Source: Burkholderiaceae bacterium (GTDB lineage: Bacteria; Pseudomonadota; Gammaproteobacteria; Burkholderiales; Burkholderiaceae_C). From it: a stretch of 64,000 nucleotides of DNA. The translations under genes and the position numbers were made by a program. The notes beneath the pieces were generated by a model. It was not told where the DNA came from. It saw only the letters and a list, made by a program, of their open reading frames with translations, and did not search any database. Positions 56,781 to 64,000 of this stretch are shown piece after piece. Each line of letters begins with the position of its first letter. The first letter of the stretch is position 1. Where the stretch lies: positions 27,407 through 91,406 of the forward strand of contig JAXMFA010000013.1 in NCBI GenBank assembly GCA_046348065.1, in the 5' to 3' direction.

Positions 56781-57397
56781 CTTGATTCCCGGTTATGGAC
56801 CGGGCTACGTTGAAGGGGCGCCAATGGCGGCACCATCGTGGGCCTGAGCGACGGTTGATTCCCGGTTATGGGCCGGGCTACGTTGAAGGGAGTCGTGACA
56901 CCCTGCGGAATCGACGGCGCCCGAGCTTGATTCCCGGTTATGGACCGGGCTACGTTGAAGGGCTGACGATTCCGCCAAAGACGGCGCATGGGGCAGGCTT
57001 GATTCCCGGTTGTGGACCGGGCCACGTTGAAGGGAGGTCAAGCGCGACTACACCCTGACCGAGCAGCACGGTTTATTCCCGGTTATGGGCCGGGCTACGT
57101 TGAAGGAACCCAGGCGACCCCCTGTTGGTGGACACTGGCGTGCTTGATTCCCGGTTGTGGGCCGGGCTACGTTGAAGGATGGACCGCTATGGCGATCAGT
57201 CGTTGCTGGTTCACGGTTAATTCCCGGTTATCGGCCGGGCTACGTTGAAGATCGAAACGGCAGTCGGTGACGACAAAGCGCGTGCGCGGTTGATTCCCGG
57301 TCTTTGACTGGGCTACGTTGAAGGAAGCACGGCTCCATGACCGACGGCGCCGAGACGTATGGTTGATTCCCGGTCATTGACCGGGCTGGGTTTGGCG
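56781..57397 (+). CRISPR. CRISPR array: 9 repeats of 36 nt (last two degenerate), 8 spacers of 36-37 nt
   Basis: Repeats start at 56781, 56854, 56926, 56998, 57071, 57143, 57216, 57289 and 57362. Consensus is sttgattcccggttatggrccgggctacgttgaagg with a 6-bp hairpin (cccggt/accggg) and a gttgaagg 3' end. Confidence 0.92.
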
Positions 57398-57477
57398 GCA
57401 ACATCTGGCGCGATGGGTACGCTTGCCGTCAATGCACCGCTATGCTGCGAAGGCGGGACAACAAGGGATGGACTGGC

Positions 57478-59772
57478 ATGGAAAAAAAGATCTTTTCGGC
57501 GTTCTATGAGTCATTGCACGGGTATGCCCCGTTCCCCTGGCAGATTGAGCTGGCCCGGCGCGTGGCCGACGGTCGCTGGCCCGATGCGCTGAACCTGCCC
57601 ACCTCGTCGGGCAAGACGGCGGTGGTCGATGTGTGGTTGTGGGCACATGCGATGGGCGTGCTGGGCGCGCCCCGGCGCCTCTACTACGTGATCGACCGTC
57701 GCTTGCTGGTGGATGCGGTGGCCGACTACGCGCAGGCGCTGTTTGCCCGCAGCGGGGTTGTGGGGCAGGTGGTGCGTCTGCGTGGCGGACTGGGCGCCAA
57801 AGACGATGCGTGGATGTTGAACCCGGCGGGCCTGACGCTCGTGAGCACCACGCTGGATCAATTGGGCTCGCGCCTGTTGTGTCGCGCCTACGGGGCGAGC
57901 CGGTGGGCGGCCCCCGTGCACGCGGGGCTCGCGGGCAACGATGCGCTGATCGTGATCGACGAAGCGCACCTGGTGGAGCCGTTTCGGCAGACGCTGCACC
58001 GCATCGGGCGTTACCGACAACGGGCAGTCGAGCCGCTGGCCAGCCCCTGGCACCTGGTGACCATGACAGCAACCCCGCTGGGCGATGCGACCGATGTGTT
58101 GGCCCTATCGGACGAGGACCGGGCCCACCCGGTGCTGAGCCGGCGCCTGAACGCGGCCAAGCTCACGCGGCTGGTGAACGGCAAGCAGGACGACCTGACG
58201 AGCGAGGCTCTGCGCCTGCGCGCGGGCGGCGCCTCGGTGGTGGGGGTGGTGGTGAATACCGTGGACACCGCGCGTCGGGTGCATCGAACCCTTTCGGCGC
58301 AAGGTGACTGTCTGCTGATCATTGGCAGGGCCCGTCCGCTGGAGCGGGATGTGTTGGGTCAGGAGGTGATGCAGCGCGCCGGCAGTGGGACCCGCAGCGC
58401 CGGGCGAACGCCCTTGTTCGTGGTGGCCACGCAGACGATTGAGGTGGGGTTGGACCTCGACTTTGATGCGCTGGTTTCGGAGCTGGCGCCCGTCAGCGCG
58501 CTGCGGCAGCGGCTGGGGCGGCTGGATCGCCTGGGTGAACTGGGCGCCAGCGCGGCCAGTATCGTGAAAGTGCCCGCTGCCCGCTGGCCCTATGCGAAGG
58601 GGCTGCTGGACGATGCGTGGGGCTGGCTGGAGTCGGCGGCAGAGAAATCGCGCCAGTTGGGCAAGGTGGTGAACCTGGGCATTGCCGCACAGGTGCCGGC
58701 CCCGCCCGAGCCGGCGCTGCGGTCCGTCGTGCTGGGCCTGCCCGACCTGCCCGTACTGTTCGACCCGGCGGTGGACCTCGACATTACGCCCTACCTGCAC
58801 GGCGAAAAACGTTCGACCGAAGTGTTCGTGGCGTGGCGTCGTGCGCTGGACGAGACGCCGCCCGAAGAATGGGGTGACGCCATCGAATCAGACCCGCCGT
58901 CGGCGCTGGAACTGATGCCGATGCCGCTGCACACGCTGCGTCGCTGGCTGCAGGGCGAATCCAGCCAAGCGTCGGACCTGGAAAGCACGGCAGTGCCGGA
59001 TGATGAACCGGCTCGCCACGAACGCATCGCGCAGGTGCTGTGCTGGGACGGTGAGGCGGCCGAGCTGGTGAGCCCAGCTGCGCTGCGCCTCACCGACGTG
59101 GTGGTGCTGCCCGCGTCCATCGGTGGGTGCGACCGCTTTGGCTGGAACCCAGCCAGCAAGGCGCCCGTACGCGATCTGTTTGCCGACGGCCTGATTCAGA
59201 AACCGGGCTGGACCGGCAGCAACGAGCGCACCCGGTGGGCGATTGGGCTGGCTGAGCACATGGCGGGTGTGGGCGCCAAGGCGCTTGCGCTGGCGACAGC
59301 CTGCGGACTGCCTGACGGGCTGGGCCGCGCGCTGGACGAGGCTGGACGCCTTCACGACCTGGGGAAGAACGACCCGCGCTTTCAGCTGATGCTGGGGGCG
59401 TATGGTGGCCCCTTGCTGGCCAAGAGCGGGAGCCATGAAGTGACGGTGTCGAGAAAGCTCGCGGGCTTGCCACGTGGTTGGCGGCATGAGCTGGCCTCGG
59501 TGGCGCAGCGCATCGACATCGACCCCCTGGTGCTGTACTTGGTGGGTTCACACCACGGGCGCGGCCGCCCCTGGATGCCCGCTGCCGCCGACCCCCGGCT
59601 GTGGCGCCAGGCGAGGGGCGCAGAGTGGCCGGCCCTGGCCAGCGCGATGCGCGACCGCTTCGGATTCTGGGGGCTGTGCTACCTCGAAGCGGTCTTGCGC
59701 CTGGCCGATTGGGCGCGCAGTGCTGAAGAACAGGACGAGGCCCAAACTGTGGAGGATGGCCATGCCGCTTGA
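57478..59772 (+). CDS. cas3: type I-U/I-G style Cas3 helicase-nuclease (helicase N-terminal, HD domain C-terminal)
   Basis: ATG at 57478. PFPWQIELA, PTSSGKT (Walker A), VIDEAHL (DEAH), QTIEVGLDLDFD. C-terminal HD motifs HDLGKNDPRF and GSHHGRGRP. Confidence 0.88.
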   Translation: MEKKIFSAFYESLHGYAPFPWQIELARRVADGRWPDALNLPTSSGKTAVVDVWLWAHAMGVLGAPRRLYYVIDRRLLVDAVADYAQALFARSGVVGQVVRLRGGLGAKDDAWMLNPAGLTLVSTTLDQLGSRLLCRAYGASRWAAPVHAGLAGNDALIVIDEAHLVEPFRQTLHRIGRYRQRAVEPLASPWHLVTMTATPLGDATDVLALSDEDRAHPVLSRRLNAAKLTRLVNGKQDDLTSEALRLRAGGASVVGVVVNTVDTARRVHRTLSAQGDCLLIIGRARPLERDVLGQEVMQRAGSGTRSAGRTPLFVVATQTIEVGLDLDFDALVSELAPVSALRQRLGRLDRLGELGASAASIVKVPAARWPYAKGLLDDAWGWLESAAEKSRQLGKVVNLGIAAQVPAPPEPALRSVVLGLPDLPVLFDPAVDLDITPYLHGEKRSTEVFVAWRRALDETPPEEWGDAIESDPPSALELMPMPLHTLRRWLQGESSQASDLESTAVPDDEPARHERIAQVLCWDGEAAELVSPAALRLTDVVVLPASIGGCDRFGWNPASKAPVRDLFADGLIQKPGWTGSNERTRWAIGLAEHMAGVGAKALALATACGLPDGLGRALDEAGRLHDLGKNDPRFQLMLGAYGGPLLAKSGSHEVTVSRKLAGLPRGWRHELASVAQRIDIDPLVLYLVGSHHGRGRPWMPAAADPRLWRQARGAEWPALASAMRDRFGFWGLCYLEAVLRLADWARSAEEQDEAQTVEDGHAA

Positions 59773-60595
59773 GTTGAACCCGATGCAGGGACATGTGCCG
59801 GTGGGTTTCATGGCGGCCGTCGGGCTGCTGCGCGTTGCGCCCCAAGGTGCGCGCCTGAGCTGGAACCCGACCAGCCAGACGGCCGAGTTGCACGGTGTGG
59901 AGCGTGAGGCGATCCTGGACCACCTGGTGGCCCACATGGCGGGACGGCATCAGTCGCCCGAGCTGCAGATTGCGGACGACGTGCGCAAGTTCGATGTCGA
60001 GGCGTTCCGGGCGCAGTACGATGCGGCCGATGAATCGTTGGCCGAGTGGCTGAGGGCCTGGTGGCGCGAAGACGGCAAGGATGGCAAGGCCGAGACGACC
60101 GACCTCTGTTTGACCGGCGGTCCGCAGCGCATGATCAAGATGGCCCGGGAACTGGCGCAAGACCTGGACCCGACTCGCAAGAAGGGTGCGGAAAAGGCGG
60201 TGCGCGCGAAGTTCGAGGAGGCTTTGTTTGGCCCCTGGCGATATGCGGATGCCCGCGCCAGCTGGGGGTGGGACCCGGCAACCTATCGCCCCGGTGCGCT
60301 GACCAGCGACGCCCCAACATCGATGAAGTTGGCGGGGGTGGCGGGCGCGTACTGGCTGGCTTGGGAATCGCAGCCGCTGTTTCCATGCCTGCACGGGCAG
60401 GGAACCCTGGGGTTTGAGCACCGGCCCCGGGCGTGGACCTGGCCCACCTGGGCCGAGCCGCTGGACATTCACGCGGTACCGGCACTGTTGCGGCAGCCCC
60501 AGGAGGCGCCGGCACTGGGTGGCAAACGTTACCGATCAGGCATTGTGTTTGCCGGGCAGATTCAGTGGTTTGAGCCGGGGATGGTGGTAGGGTAG
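59762..60595 (+). CDS. uncharacterised CRISPR-associated protein, 277 aa, translationally coupled to cas3 (possibly the Cas3-extension / small Cas8u-like family)
   Basis: ATG at 59762 overlaps the cas3 stop (ATGCCGCTTGA). Trp-rich (WGWDPATYRPG, AYWLAWES, WTWPTWAEP). No motif I can assign with certainty. Confidence 0.55.
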   Translation: MPLELNPMQGHVPVGFMAAVGLLRVAPQGARLSWNPTSQTAELHGVEREAILDHLVAHMAGRHQSPELQIADDVRKFDVEAFRAQYDAADESLAEWLRAWWREDGKDGKAETTDLCLTGGPQRMIKMARELAQDLDPTRKKGAEKAVRAKFEEALFGPWRYADARASWGWDPATYRPGALTSDAPTSMKLAGVAGAYWLAWESQPLFPCLHGQGTLGFEHRPRAWTWPTWAEPLDIHAVPALLRQPQEAPALGGKRYRSGIVFAGQIQWFEPGMVVG

Positions 60596-60599
60596 GTCA

Positions 60600-60703
60600 A
60601 ATCGACCACAGAACGGGGTGAAACGGCCAAAAAGCATGGGTTTTTGGGCCTGAATCGGGCGATACCCAAGGCCAAATGGCCACGACATGCTATCAGTTCA
60701 GGA
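60600..60703 (+). repeat. direct duplicate of 53895..53997: remnant of the M23 gene 5' end plus R65 element copy k (right flank of CRISPR-Cas cassette)
   Basis: The reverse complement of 60600-60637 reads ATGCTTTTTGGCCGTTTCACCCCGTTC (MLFGRFTPF) versus the M23 start MISSRFAPF. It is followed by catgggtttttgggcc...ggccacgacatgctatcagttcagga. Confidence 0.75.
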
Positions 60704-60750
60704 GCGTCAAGAATCCGGACCGATGGCGCGACCGATGCCGGCCCCGCCCT

Positions 60751-62343
60751 TCACGCCCGGGTCTTGGTTGCCGTGCCAGCCTTGCGGGCGGGGGCTGGCT
60801 TGGCGGCAGGCTTGCGCGAAGGCCTGACCCCGGCTTTCGGGGCCGGTGCCTTCGTGGCGGCAGCCTTGACCACAGGTGCCTTGGGCGCAGCGGCCTTTCG
60901 GGCGGGTGATTTTGTGGCCGCGGGCTGTCTGACCGGCGCTTTGGCTTTGGCGGGGGTTCTGGCCATGGTTTTGGCGGGTGCCTTGCGGGCCGCCGGTCGG
61001 GCTTTCGGGCCGGCCGGCTTGACCGTGGACTTCAGCATCTTGCGGAACTCGCTGTTGAACGCGTCGGTGATGAGCTCGGGGTCGGGCACCAGGTGCGCGT
61101 CGCCGATCACGGTCAGCCCGGCCAGACCTTTGTAGCTGAAGATGCTCACCGCCATGCCCAGTTCCTTGCCGGGGTGCGGTGCCCAGGCCAGCATGCGTTC
61201 GATCGGCACGCCGGCCAGGTACAGCTCTTCGCGCGGGCCGGTGACGTTGGTCATCACCAGGCTGGCCTTGCGGCCGAACAGGTTGTTGGAGAAGTCCTCC
61301 AGCGCCTTGGGCATGCGGCCCATCAGGTCGAGCAGGGCGCGCGTGGCCAGCGGTTCGGGCGAGTGCTTGAGCGCGTCCATGCGGGCCTTGGTCAGCGCGA
61401 TGCGGTGGTCGGCGCGCGCCTTGGTCACGGCGAGATCGAGCAGCACCAGGCCGAACTCGTTCCCGAGCTGTCCCATGCGCTCGGGCGGGCGCAGGTCCAC
61501 CGGCACCATGGCGCGCAGCGTGGTGTGGTCGACGTCGACGCCGCGGCCCTTGAGGTAGGTGCGCAGCGCGCCGGTCATCGCGGCCACCAGCACGTCGTTG
61601 ACCTTGGCGTCGTGGCGCAGGCCGATCGCCTTGATATCGGCGATGGGGAAGGGCACCGACCAGGCCACGCGCTTGGCCGGCGCGAACTTGCCCTTGAGCG
61701 GCGAAGGCGGGTCGTCCTTGCGCAGCAACTCGCCGACCAGCATGCCGGCGCCGCCGACCAGCGCCACCGCATCACGCGCGGCCCCGGCGACGGCGTTGAA
61801 CGCCGGTGCCAGCAGACCCTTCTCGGCGTGCGCGATGCTCTTGCCGCGCGCCTTCGGGCCTTGCAGGGGCGGCGCGCCGGGTGCCGGGTCGTAGAGGCGC
61901 TGGAGCAGGATCATCATCGCCGTGCCGTCGGCGATGCAATGGTGGCAGCGCATGATGAGCGCGCTGCCGCCTTCGACGTCGTCGACGACCCAGGTCTGCC
62001 ACAGCGGCAGCGAGTGGTCCAGCGGGGCGCTGGCGATGTCGTTGACCAGCTCCATCAGCGCCGCCTGGGTGTGGGGCGCGGGCAGGGCGATGTGGTGCAG
62101 GTGCTGGTTGATGTCGAAGTCGGGCATGTCCTGCCAGTGCGGCGTGGGCAGCGGAAAGCCGGTCTCGACCACGCGTTGGCGGAAGCGCTCGAAGGTGACC
62201 AGGCGCTCGCTGTAGACCTGGCGCACCCTTTCGAAGTCCAGGGGCTTGCGCGTCAGCGTCACGCCCATGATGACGGCCAGGTTGGCAGGCCCGTCGTTGT
62301 GGAACCAGGAGGCGTCGGCGGCCGACATGGGGTAGGTTTTCAT
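60751..62343 (-). CDS. WS/DGAT family acyltransferase, paralogue 4, with about 90-aa Lys/Ala/Pro-rich tail
   Basis: ATG at 62343 (MKTYPMSAADASWFHNDGPANL). HHCIADGTAM (HHxxxDG). Tail is KARPAARKAPAKTMARTPAKAKAPVRQPAATKSPARKAAAPKAPVVKAAATKAPAPKAG... Confidence 0.88.
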   Translation of the reverse strand: MKTYPMSAADASWFHNDGPANLAVIMGVTLTRKPLDFERVRQVYSERLVTFERFRQRVVETGFPLPTPHWQDMPDFDINQHLHHIALPAPHTQAALMELVNDIASAPLDHSLPLWQTWVVDDVEGGSALIMRCHHCIADGTAMMILLQRLYDPAPGAPPLQGPKARGKSIAHAEKGLLAPAFNAVAGAARDAVALVGGAGMLVGELLRKDDPPSPLKGKFAPAKRVAWSVPFPIADIKAIGLRHDAKVNDVLVAAMTGALRTYLKGRGVDVDHTTLRAMVPVDLRPPERMGQLGNEFGLVLLDLAVTKARADHRIALTKARMDALKHSPEPLATRALLDLMGRMPKALEDFSNNLFGRKASLVMTNVTGPREELYLAGVPIERMLAWAPHPGKELGMAVSIFSYKGLAGLTVIGDAHLVPDPELITDAFNSEFRKMLKSTVKPAGPKARPAARKAPAKTMARTPAKAKAPVRQPAATKSPARKAAAPKAPVVKAAATKAPAPKAGVRPSRKPAAKPAPARKAGTATKTRA

Positions 62344-62560
62344 GGTGTGTCTCGTTCCGTGTCCCGCCGTGCCCTTCGCTCCGGCAGGGCGGGTGCTGCC
62401 GGGCGGATGTGTCACTGACGATGCTAGTGCGCGGGCCGGCGCGCGCATTGACGGCGGTCAAGGTCCCGGTGGTGACCGGGGGCGGGCGGCGCGATCGACT
62501 ACAGTGCCGGCTGATCCGCCCCAGCAGCGCTTGTCGCACCGTTGCACCGCCCGCTCCGCC

Positions 62561-64000
<1,440 letters not shown>

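Noticed and set aside
56552-57248. Several 77-157-aa ORFs on both strands across 56552..57248 (peptides such as FNVARSITGNQ and LIPGYGPGYVEG repeated)
   Set aside because: Their periodic peptide repeats are translations of the CRISPR repeats, not genes.

Overview
High-GC chromosomal segment. By gene content and repeat style it looks betaproteobacterial or Comamonadaceae-like, but that is inference only because no search was possible. It holds about 50 tightly packed protein genes, mostly core or metabolic. These include a partial TRAP permease, an arylsulfatase, a GMC oxidoreductase, an RNase II-family nuclease, a MaoC-PTA fusion, and an omega-aminotransferase with a divergent LysR regulator. 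There is also a MacAB-like ABC efflux operon and two Ntn-hydrolase (penicillin/AHL-type) acylases. A tyrosine phenol-lyase/tryptophanase-family lyase lies convergent with an indolepyruvate-decarboxylase-family TPP enzyme. Further genes are a PAS/degenerate-GGDEF/hemerythrin protein, an OYE flavoreductase, AI-2E, DASS, GltS and MFS transporters, an ABC1 kinase and an M23 peptidase. Four WS/DGAT-type acyltransferase paralogues all carry Lys/Ala/Pro-rich basic tails. Accessory content: (i) a cassette of about 6.6 kb with type I-U/I-G flavour, ordered csb1, csb2, a 9-repeat CRISPR array, cas3, then an unknown 277-aa gene. I see no cas1/cas2/cas4 and no Csx17-sized gene in the window, and the cassette is bracketed by a direct duplication of about 100 bp. 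(ii) A small A/T-richer island with the same duplicated-flank architecture, carrying an IS30-family element. There are two co-oriented intergenic repeat families (109 bp, 4 copies; about 65 bp, 11 copies) and one palindrome of about 170 bp. No tRNA or rRNA genes were recognised. All family names come from motif and sequence recall, not from database searches.
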